This document shows, one piece after another, positions 1 through 7,663 of a stretch of 8,851 bases of DNA; position 1 is the stretch's first letter; the number at the start of each line of letters is the position of its first letter. A program made the position numbers and the translations under genes. Location of the stretch: the sequence record OY723343.1; one strand, given 5' to 3'. The notes below the pieces were generated by a model. That model saw only the letters and a program-made list of their open reading frames with translations, was not told the DNA's origin and searched no databases.

Positions 1-94
1 CGCAGACCATAGGTATTAGGTATCTGAGGACACGGATGCCATGATCTGAGGACCCCAAGACCTCCAGAAATGGGGTATCTGAGGTATCCCGAGA

Positions 95-600
95 CCTCCC
101 AAAATGGGTGTTTTGGACCCTAAATCACTCGTTTTGGGACCCTTTCTGGGTGCTCCCAGACCCCTCCCCAATGCCATCCCTAAGGTGCTCCTAAGGGATT
201 CGGGCCCGTACCCCTCAGATAGGGTATCCCAGAGGGTGTCGGATTGGGGGTCTGGAGGTGCTCGGAACCCCTAAATTGTGTGCCCTTAGTGTATAGTAAC
301 ACACGCGCGCGCGCGCGAAGGGCGGATCCGAGTCAGGCAGAAAACGAATGCATCATTTTGGACCCTTTTGGGCATATTGGGGGTCCTAATGTGCACATTT
401 GCGACCCCAAAAGGCCCAAAAGTGCCTAAAATGGGTCATTTTATGCCCTTTTCGGATGCACACAATGGGAATGCCATCGCCGGAGACCATATTCCTTACA
501 GTGACCTTAGGAATATGAGTACGCGAAATCGGGGCAATTATGCCATTTACGGGTACCCCTAAATGAGCACTTTTGGACCCCTTTTGGCACCCCTTGGATC
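95..600. repeat. Dyad-motif block A, copy 1 (C-run-AAAA-N6-8-TTTT-G-run units)
   Basis: Examples are ccaaaatgggtgttttgg (99-116), cctaaatcactcgttttggg (119-138), cctaaaatgggtcatttta (from about 425) and ccctaaatgagcacttttgg (558-576). Confidence 0.7.
304..317. repeat. (CG)7 microsatellite inside a 19-nt alternating purine-pyrimidine run (299-317)
   Basis: Direct reading: acacacgcgcgcgcgcgcg. Confidence 0.95.
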
Positions 601-717
601 CCTCAGTGTACTGGTGGCATGTGCATATCCCCTGATGCCTCTTTATCGAGGGAATGGGGATACCTGCATACCATACAGTATATGTGTTACTAGTGGGTAT
701 CGGCACACCTCCCAAAA

Positions 718-736
718 CATGTCATTTCGTGACATG
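718..736. other. Perfect 7-bp inverted repeat with a 5-nt spacer (catgtca-tttcg-tgacatg)
   Basis: The reverse complement of catgtca is tgacatg. Confidence 0.85.
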
Positions 737-1144
737 ATCTAGTCGAGATGAGCGAATCCACTACTATTGCATATCATGGTGTAATGAGCTATACAGAGTA
801 CTATAGGTATTGGGGGTATCCCTAATGGCAGCATATGCCCCATTAGAGGTATACACCATATCCCCTAGTATCCCTTACAGCACATACCATGAACAGGTAC
901 TCATTAGTAGTACAGAATGTGTATGTCATGACACCAAAACACATGTTTCGAGACATCTAAACACATGGTTTGCACGTATGATCATATACAGTATCTAGTG
1001 ATACACAGGATACTAGTAGTATGCACGGAGGGTATGCGGGGTGCAGGATACCCCTATACCATAGCCTAACAGCATACACTACGAGTACTATGTATACCAT
1101 GGATACCACATGTATACTATTACGAGTAGGTACTCATGAGTAGT

Positions 1145-2210
1145 ATCATCATGTAATTGCATGCATTTGATGACATGAAGTACTCATTATGAGTAGGTAT
1201 ACACATCTAATACCAGTAGTACTACAGCATACACACCATTAGTACCATGTATCCTATGGTATACAGTACATGGGGAGTATAGGTACCATTACACCATGCA
1301 GAGGTGTATGGAGTACTATATGGTATATAGGGAGTATCCAGTAGTCACCAGATATCATGATATTGCATGCATTTGATGACATGAAACACATGATTCGATG
1401 TACTCATTAACAGTATGCATACACACTAAGTACTCAGTATACACCATTACTAGTACTATGTACAGTATAGGGGATACCTGCAGTATATACCCCATGTACT
1501 AGTGGACCCCATATCCCTCAAGGGAACTGGAAGAAGGTCCAACTTGCAGAGCATGTGGTGTCTACATGTACTCATTAGTAGTAGGTATACACATCTAATA
1601 CCACTAGTACTACACCATGTACACCATTAGTACCATGTATACAGTAGTATACAGTACATGGGGCATACAGGTACATACCACCATTACAGAGGTGTATGGA
1701 GTACTATATGTATCTATGAGGGTATCCAGTAGTCACCAGATATCATGATATTGCATGCATTTGATGACATGAAAACACATGATTTGATGACATGAAGTAC
1801 TCATTATGAGTAGGTATACACATCTAATACCACTAGTACAACAGCATACACACCATTAGTACCATGTATCCTATGGTATACAGTACATGGGGAGTATAGG
1901 TACCATTACACCATGCAGAGGTGTATGGAGTACTATATGGTATATAGGGAGTATCCAGTAATCACCAGATATCATGTAATGGCATGCATTTGATGACATG
2001 AAACACATGATCTGATGATATGAAGTACTCGATATGTACTCATTATGGTACCCACTAACACTAGTACTACAGCATATCCGTACAAGGGGAACCATAAGGA
2101 TCCGCCCTTGCAGGTATTCGGGTACTATATGATATATAGAGGGTATCCAGTAGACCACCAGATATCATGATATTGCATGCATTTGATGACATGAAACACA
2201 TGATTTGATG
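1145..2210. repeat. S-monomer tandem array of unit 1 (heads at 1145, 1354, 1742, 1971, 2164)
   Basis: Recurrent head is atcatg(a/t)(t)a(t/a)t(t/g)gcatgcatttgatgacatgaa. The shared body is ...gtactcattatgagtaggtatacacatctaatacc...ggtgtatggagtactata...gggagtatccagtagtcaccagat. Monomer lengths are 209, 388, 229 and 193 bp, plus a truncated fifth head. Confidence 0.9.
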
Positions 2211-2416
2211 TACTCAGATTACATGATTATGGTGATATCCAGTACATCACCAGATCCCTTAGACACCATGGGGATCACTACATATGCTATAAGGAGTACA
2301 CATGCTCTGCATGGTACCTATATCATAGGGTAGGGGATATGCCCACGATACCTATGGAGACCACATCCTCTAGATACATGGTATGTGCACAGAGGATGGT
2401 GCCATGGTATGAGGAC
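2211..2416. repeat. T segment, unit 1 copy
   Basis: The stretch tactcagattacatgattatggtgatatccag...gatggtgccatggtatgaggac recurs at 7374-7579. A diverged copy lies at 6089-6294. Confidence 0.9.
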
Positions 2417-2500
2417 CCCAAATGGGTCGAAATACATGTTTTAGGGGTACCAAAACATGTGTTGCGAGTAGGTATCGGCACGGGATTAGCACATCTAGGG

Positions 2501-2610
2501 CATTATGGAACCTGAGGAGATCACCTCCACAGGGAATGTCCCTCCGTGCATCCTGGGCTACCGAGAGGCCTACATGCAGTACCCCATATCCTCTAAGAGA
2601 CCATTATGGA
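2501..2610. repeat. R element copy R1 (core 2511-2609)
   Basis: Core is cctgaggagatcacctccacagggaatgtccctccgtgcatcctgggctaccgagaggcctac...ccccatatcctctaagagaccattatg. The first 63 nt are identical to R2. Confidence 0.9.
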
Positions 2611-2963
2611 GGGTATTGGACAGGGCCCGAAACCCCCAAAATGAGTGATTTGGGGTGCTCAAAACCATCGATTTTGGTGGTTTTGGCATGCAAAAAGGGT
2701 CGAAAACACCACTTTTAGCCCCTTTTGCACATGGGAACACCACCCCATATACTAAGGGGGATCCTTCGAGGGATACAGAACCCCCGAAACCCCTTAAAGA
2801 TGGTGTGAGTACTCATGCATGTACCCTTTTAGCACCCTTTCTGACCCCCTTTCAGACCCCCTAAATGGTGCCATTCCTCGAAGGATGGCCCTTAAGGGGT
2901 GCCGGGAAGGGTACCTAAAGAGGTCCCAAAAGTGACCATTTTAGGGGGTCCCAAAACGTGTTG

Positions 2964-2981
2964 CAAAGGGGTACCCCTTTG
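2964..2981. other. Perfect 18-bp palindrome caaaggggtacccctttg centred on GGTACC
   Basis: The sequence equals its own reverse complement. Confidence 0.9.
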
Positions 2982-3032
2982 GTCACCAAAAGTGATGATT
3001 TTGGGGACACCAAATGGGTCGGAATGGGTACC

Positions 3033-3166
3033 TAATGACAGGATATGGCATACGGGATACCTGAGGAGATCACCTCCACAGGGAATGTCCCTCCGTGCAT
3101 CCTGGGCTACCGAGAGGCCTACGGGGAGTATCCCCATATCCTCTGAGAGCCATTATGACCATTACG
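3033..3166. repeat. R element copy R2 (core 3060-3157)
   Basis: Has the same core plus a 5' extension taatgacaggatatggcatacgggata, which is shared with R3, R4 and R6. Confidence 0.9.
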
Positions 3167-3213
3167 AGCATCCCGGAGAGCATATCTGAGGACCTGAAAT
3201 CCATGGTTTTGGG

Positions 3214-3281
3214 GTCTAAAATGATGATTTTAGAGGTCTCAAAATGATGGATTTGGGGTCTCAAATCATGAGATCCGGGGG
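3214..3281. repeat. Short tandem repeat, period about 23 bp, about 3 copies
   Basis: Copies are gtctaaaatgatgattttagag, gtctcaaaatgatggatttgggg and tctcaaatcatgagatccggggg. Confidence 0.8.
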
Positions 3282-3289
3282 TCTGGGGA

Positions 3290-3699
3290 TGCCATGGGTA
3301 TGGGATCCAGGGATGCAGGGATCCAGAGACCATGAGGGCATACAGACCATATGCACTACATACCATGGTGTGTGTAGTAGGGATACAGACCACTATGGAT
3401 ACCATCACCATTAGATACATACTATGAGACCATATGCTGTGGGTATCGGATTAGGGGTCTGGGGATGTGCAGATCTGGAGACCATGAGCGGATCCGGAGA
3501 CCATCAGATCATGAGATCCGGGGGTCTGGAGATGCTCGCGATGTATCTGAGGACCTGTGCAGATAGGTATGCAGATAGGTATGCAGATAGGTATAGGCAT
3601 TAGGTACTAAGGACTCGCAGAGAGGTACTGAGGACATGCACAGAGGACATGGCACAGAGGATACGGGCATACAGACCATGCAGATAGGTACTAAGGACT
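3290..3699. repeat. W block, unit 1: rich in CTGAGGAC, GGGGTCTGGRG and GAGACCAT words
   Basis: ctgaggac or ctaaggac occurs repeatedly (for example 3186, 3547, 3626, 3691). ggggtctgg occurs at about 3278, 3453 and 3522. The motif family continues into 1-95. Confidence 0.7.
3559..3594. repeat. 12-nt microsatellite (gcagataggtat) x3
   Basis: Copies read directly at 3559-3570, 3571-3582 and 3583-3594. Confidence 0.95.
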
Positions 3700-3793
3700 C
3701 GCAGACCATAGGTATTAGGTATCTGAGGACACGGATGCCATGATCTGAGGACCCCAAGACCTCCAGAAATGGGGTATCTGAGGTATCCCGAGA

Positions 3794-4299
3794 CCTCCCA
3801 AAATGGGTGTTTTGGACCCTAAATCACTCGTTTTGGGACCCTTTCTGGGTGCTCCCAGACCCCTCCCCAATGCCATCCCTAAGGTGCTCCTAAGGGATTC
3901 GGGCCCGTACCCCTCAGATAGGGTATCCCAGAGGGTGTCGGATTGGGGGTCTGGAGGTGCTCGGAACCCCTAAATTGTGTGCCCTTAGTGTATAGTAACA
4001 CACGCGCGCGCGCGCGAAGGGCGGATCCGAGTCAGGCAGAAAACGAATGCATCATTTTGGACCCTTTTGGGCATATTGGGGGTCCTAATGTGCACATTTG
4101 CGACCCCAAAAGGCCCAAAAGTGCCTAAAATGGGTCATTTTATGCCCTTTTCGGATGCACACAATGGGAATGCCATCGCCGGAGACCATATTCCTTACAG
4201 TGACCTTAGGAATATGAGTACGCGAAATCGGGGCAATTATGCCATTTACGGGTACCCCTAAATGAGCACTTTTGGACCCCTTTTGGCACCCCTTGGATC
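3794..4299. repeat. Dyad-motif block A, copy 2
   Basis: No differences seen from 95-600 at offset +3699. Confidence 0.7.
4003..4016. repeat. (CG)7 microsatellite, second copy
   Basis: Same tract at offset +3699. Confidence 0.95.
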
Positions 4300-4416
4300 C
4301 CTCAGTGTACTGGTGGCATGTGCATATCCCCTGATGCCTCTTTATCGAGGGAATGGGGATACCTGCATACCATACAGTATATGTGTTACTAGTGGGTATC
4401 GGCACACCTCCCAAAA

Positions 4417-4435
4417 CATGTCATTTCGTGACATG
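4417..4435. other. Same 7-bp inverted repeat, second copy
   Basis: Identical to 718-736 at offset +3699. Confidence 0.85.
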
Positions 4436-4843
4436 ATCTAGTCGAGATGAGCGAATCCACTACTATTGCATATCATGGTGTAATGAGCTATACAGAGTAC
4501 TATAGGTATTGGGGGTATCCCTAATGGCAGCATATGCCCCATTAGAGGTATGCACCATATCCCCTAGTATCCCTTACAGCACATACCATGAACAGGTACT
4601 CATTAGTAGTACAGAATGTGTATGTCATGACACCAAAACACATGTTTCGAGACATCTAAACACATGGTTTGCACGTATGATCATATACAGTATCTAGTGA
4701 TATACAGGATACTAGTAGTATGCACGGAGGGTATGAGGGGTACGGGATACCCCTACATCATAGCCTAACAGCATACACTACGAGTACTATGTATACCATG
4801 GATACCACATGTATACTATTACGGGTAGGTACTCATGAGCAGT

Positions 4844-5340
4844 ATCATCATGTAAATGCATGCATTTGATGACATGAAATGAGTAGGTATACACATCTAA
4901 TGACAGGATATGGCATACGGGATACCTGAGGAGACCACCTCCACAGGGAATACCCTCTCTGCACATCCAGGCTACCGAGAGGCCTACGGGGAGTATCCCC
5001 ATATCCTCTAAGAGCCATTATGGCCATTAGGGAGTATCCAGTAGTCACCAGATATCATGATATTGCATGCATTTGATGACATGAAAACACATGATTTGAT
5101 GACATGAAGTACTCATTATGAGTAGGTATACACATCTAATACCAGTAGTACAACACCATACACACCATTAGTACCATGTATCCTATGGTATACAGTACAT
5201 GGGGAGTACGGGTACCATACCACCATTGCAGAGGTGTATGGAGTACTATGAGTATCTAGAGAGTACTAGTAGTATCATGTATTGATACATCTAATGACAT
5301 GAAACACATGGTTTGATGTATCTAATGATGTACTTAATGG
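4844..5340. repeat. S-monomer array of unit 2, part a (heads at 4844, 5054, 5274; first monomer carries R3, third is degenerate)
   Basis: Same head box and body as the unit 1 array. The 5274 monomer degrades into unique sequence. Confidence 0.85.
4898..5029. repeat. R element copy R3 (core 4925-5022), embedded in an S monomer
   Basis: It replaces the usual S body between ...catctaat and gggagtatccagtagtcacc. It is clearly homologous to R2; differences cluster in the central ~20 nt. Confidence 0.9.
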
Positions 5341-6050
5341 ATAGGTATACACATCGTATTAGTGCATAGTATCTCTACATGGTCTATACACTGCCATACA
5401 GGGAGTGAGGGACCAGGAGGGAGACTATGCACTAGTAGACGATAACGTGACCTTTAACATTACCCTAGTAGTGTCCTACATGGTATAGCTACAAGGTACA
5501 CGTGCTCTACAGGTACATGGACTAGGACATCATCTCCTACTAATGGTATTACTGTTAGTAGGTTAGTGATCACTGTTAATGCTCAGAAGGACATTAGTCC
5601 TCATGGCAACACGTATCCTAGGAATGCAGTGCCCATCATTAGTAGTCATACTATCATGGTACGCGCACACCATACTATGTACAGTAGTATAGCATACGTA
5701 CTACCTACACAGCATCAGTACTCTGTACACTGATACTCATCATGTACTAGTAGTATGTGCTAGTGGTATGTAGAGATGCACACCATACAGTATACTAGTA
5801 CTCATCATACCATGCAATGTATACAATGGTGGTATGGAATACATGATACAATGGTGGTATGGAATGATGTAGTAGTATGAGTAGTACTATGAACAGATAC
5901 ACTACTATCTGCATGCACAGAATAGGTCATCCTCAGGGATAGCACCTTAACCCTGTACCATACCATACAGTGGTACTATGGTGGTATGGCATGCATGTAC
6001 TAGTAGTATGTAGTAGTATGTACTCATCATACCATCAGATCATGAGATCA
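5341..6050. other. Unit-2-specific segment with no counterpart elsewhere in the window
   Basis: No collinear match to unit 1 or to the rest of unit 2 was found by eye. It lies between a degenerate S monomer and the extra T copy. Confidence 0.7.
5821..5869. repeat. 25-bp direct repeat x2 (atacaatggtggtatggaat + acatg/gatg)
   Basis: atacaatggtggtatggaat occurs at 5821-5840 and at 5846-5865. Confidence 0.9.
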
Positions 6051-6088
6051 TGGCATCAGATCATGTCATCAAAACACATGATTTGATG

Positions 6089-6294
6089 TACTCAATTACA
6101 TGATTATGGTGGTATCCAGGACATCACCAGATCCCTTAGAGACCATGGGGATCACTACATATGCTATAAGGAGTACACATGCTCTGCATGGTACCTATAT
6201 CATAGGGTAGGGGTATCCCTCATGATACCTATGGAGACCATATCCTCTAGATACATGGTATGTGCACAGAGGATGGTGACATGGTATGAGGTCC
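6089..6294. repeat. T segment, extra diverged copy specific to unit 2
   Basis: Collinear with 2211-2416 with scattered substitutions and small indels. One example is ggggtatccctcatgatacc versus ggggatatgcccacgatacc. Confidence 0.85.
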
Positions 6295-6520
6295 CCAAAA
6301 GGGTCCAAATACATGATTTGGGGTGTCTAAAATGACCACTTTTGGCACCTTTCTGGAGGTCCCAAAACGGGTGATTCAATCCCCCAAAAGGGGTCCGCAA
6401 ATCAAGCCCAGAAATGGTCATAAAAAGGGCTCGTGGGGGTACCCCCATGAGCACTTTTAGGACCCTAAAATGGGTGTTTTGGACCCCTAAAATGGTGTAT
6501 TTAGACCCTTTCGGAGGGGT
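6291..6520. repeat. Dyad-motif block G3, specific to unit 2 (mosaic of A-like and G2-like motifs)
   Basis: Contains ccccaaaagggtccaaatacatgatttgggg, ctaaaatgaccacttttgg, ccctaaaatgggtgttttgg and cccctaaaatggtgtatttag. Confidence 0.7.
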
Positions 6521-6547
6521 ACAGGCAACGAGTACTACTAGATACAT

Positions 6548-7373
6548 ACCAGCAGACCATGTATCCTATGGTATATAGGACATGGGGGCTACGGGTACCA
6601 TTACACCATTACGGGAGTATATGGAGTACTATGGGTATCTAGAGGAGTCCCTGTAACACCAGATATCATGGTATTGCATGCATTTGATGACATGAAAACA
6701 CATGATTTGATGACATGAAATGAGTAGGTATACACATCTAATGACAGGATATGGCATACGGGATACCTGAGGAGACCACCTCCACAGGGAATACCCTCTC
6801 TGCACATCCAGGCTACCGAGAGGCCTACGGGGAGTATCCCCATACCTCTAAGGAGCCATTATGGCCATTAGGGAGTATCCAGCACATCATTAGATACACG
6901 GAATATCATGTAATTGCATAGATTTGATGACATGAAATCATGTGTTTTGATGACATGAAGTACTCATTATGAGTAGGTATACACATCTAATACCAGTAGT
7001 ACTACACCATACACACCATTAGTACCATGTATCCTATGGTATACAGTACATGGGGAGTACGGGTACCATTACACCATGCAGAGGTGTATGGAGTACTATA
7101 TGGTATATAGGGAGTATCCAGTAATCACCAGATATCATGTAATGGCATGCATTTGATGACATGAAACACATGATCTGATGATATGAAGTACTCGATATGT
7201 ACTCATTATGGTACCCACTAACACTAGTACTACAGCATATCCGTACAAGGGGAATCATAAGGATCCGCCCTTGCAGGTATTTGGGTACTATATGATATAT
7301 AGAGGGTATCCAGTAGACACCAGATATCATGATATTGCATGCATTTGATGACATGAAAACACATGATTTGATG
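6548..7373. repeat. S-monomer array of unit 2, part b (partial tail 6548-6664; heads at 6665, 6905, 7134, 7326; the 6665 monomer carries R4)
   Basis: 6905-7325 is collinear with 1742-2163 at offset about +5163. 6665-6904 is near-identical to 4844-5053. Confidence 0.9.
6739..6870. repeat. R element copy R4 (core 6766-6863), embedded in an S monomer
   Basis: Near-identical to R3. It differs by ccccatacctctaaggagcc versus ccccatatcctctaagagcc. Confidence 0.9.
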
Positions 7374-7579
7374 TACTCAGATTACATGATTATGGTGATA
7401 TCCAGCACATCACCAGATCCCTTAGACACCATGGGGATCACTACATATGCTATAAGGAGTACACATGCTCTGCATGGTACCTATATCATAGGGTAGGGGA
7501 TATGCCCACGATACCTATGGAGACCACATCCTCTAGATACATGGTATGTGCTCAGAGGATGGTGCCATGGTATGAGGAC
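7374..7579. repeat. T segment, unit 2 copy orthologous to 2211-2416
   Basis: Near-identical at offset +5163. Confidence 0.9.
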
Positions 7580-7663
7580 CCCAAATGGGTCGAAATACAT
7601 GTTTTAGGGGTACCAAAACATGTGTTGCGAGTAGGTATCGGCACGGGATTAGCACATCTAGGG

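Larger units (their letters stand above)
2416..3290. repeat. Dyad-motif block G2, unit 1 (contains R1 and R2)
   Basis: Examples are cccccaaaatgagtgatttgggg (2633-2655), cccaaaagtgaccattttaggggg (2925-2948) and caccaaaagtgatgattttgggg (2984-3006). Confidence 0.75.
1..3699. repeat. Composite macro-repeat unit, copy 1 (3,699 bp)
   Basis: 1-1003 matches 3700-4702 at constant offset +3699 with one mismatch seen (a853/g4552). 2164-3699 matches 7326-8851 at offset about +5152 to +5165. ORF-track pairs 244-429/3943-4128, 386-715/4085-4414 and 2892-3137/8057-8302 translate identically. Confidence 0.95.

Noticed and set aside
118-124. Telomere-like words: CCCTAAA (118-124, 269-275, 558-564 and others) and CCCCAAAA (405-412)
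   Set aside because: They always occur as single copies inside the dyad motif and are never tandemly iterated, so they are not telomeric or interstitial telomere arrays.
244-715. ORFs 244-429(+), 368-562(+) and 386-715(-), and their exact duplicates at 3943-4414, as possible small genes
   Set aside because: They are 61-109 aa and overlap one another on both strands. I recognise no protein family. Their duplication is explained by the DNA repeat, which is just as well conserved outside the ORFs, so there is no coding-specific conservation.
1991-2040. Hammerhead-ribozyme core words (gaaa at 2000-2003, ctgatga at 2012-2018) in the S head, as in some satellite-encoded ribozymes
   Set aside because: Only 8 nt separate GAAA from CUGAUGA. 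No helices I, II or III of adequate length can be drawn in any circular permutation, and most S heads have ttgatga rather than ctgatga.
1145-2210. Regularly spaced conserved head boxes that superficially resemble a CRISPR repeat-spacer array
   Set aside because: The intervening 'spacers' are about 170-360 bp and homologous to one another (monomer bodies). There is no leader or cas genes. The pattern is a satellite monomer array.
2501-2610. A 9-bp direct repeat cattatgga flanking R1 (2501-2509 and 2602-2610; same in R5), read as a target-site duplication of a SINE- or MITE-like insertion
   Set aside because: The 3' copy (ccattatg) is part of the R consensus in all six copies. The other four copies lack a matching 5' repeat, and no terminal inverted repeats or poly-A tail are present.
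3116-3126. Resemblance of ggcctacgggg to the GCCUACGG 5' end of 5S rRNA, gattagca (2485-2492) to U6, and gggtcgaaa words to tRNA T-arms
   Set aside because: These are isolated 8-9 nt word matches. The remaining conserved 5S, U6 (ACAGAGA) or tRNA cloverleaf features are absent.
2892-3137. A recurrent minus-strand peptide MGILPVGLSVA...GGDLLRYPVCHILSL in four ORFs (2892-3137, 4787-5002, 6601-6843, 8057-8302)
   Set aside because: The shared part is just the translation of the R element. The sequences on either side of it differ completely between contexts. The opposite strand is also open over the same bases (2899-3189), and the differences between copies include frame-disrupting indels relative to R2.
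5303-5950. A + frame of about 215 codons in which 9 of the 10 internal stops are TAG (the other is one TGA at 5567, and a TAA at 5948 closes it), hinting at TAG reassignment
   Set aside because: The region is built from GTA/TAG/CTA-rich low-complexity words (gtagtagtatg and similar), which biases stops toward TAG in any frame. The conceptual protein is dominated by V, L, Y, H, T and I and has TAG-TGA and TAG-TAG doublets. Other parts of the window show abundant TAA and TGA in every frame.
7034-7354. A 106-aa minus-strand ORF with the internal repeat FMSSNAC.(I/Y)MISG.YWI (also 1871-2158)
   Set aside because: The periodicity is the S-monomer repeat read through in one frame. The frame closes with TAG, and a TAA follows 5 codons further on. 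Other S monomers are not open in that frame.
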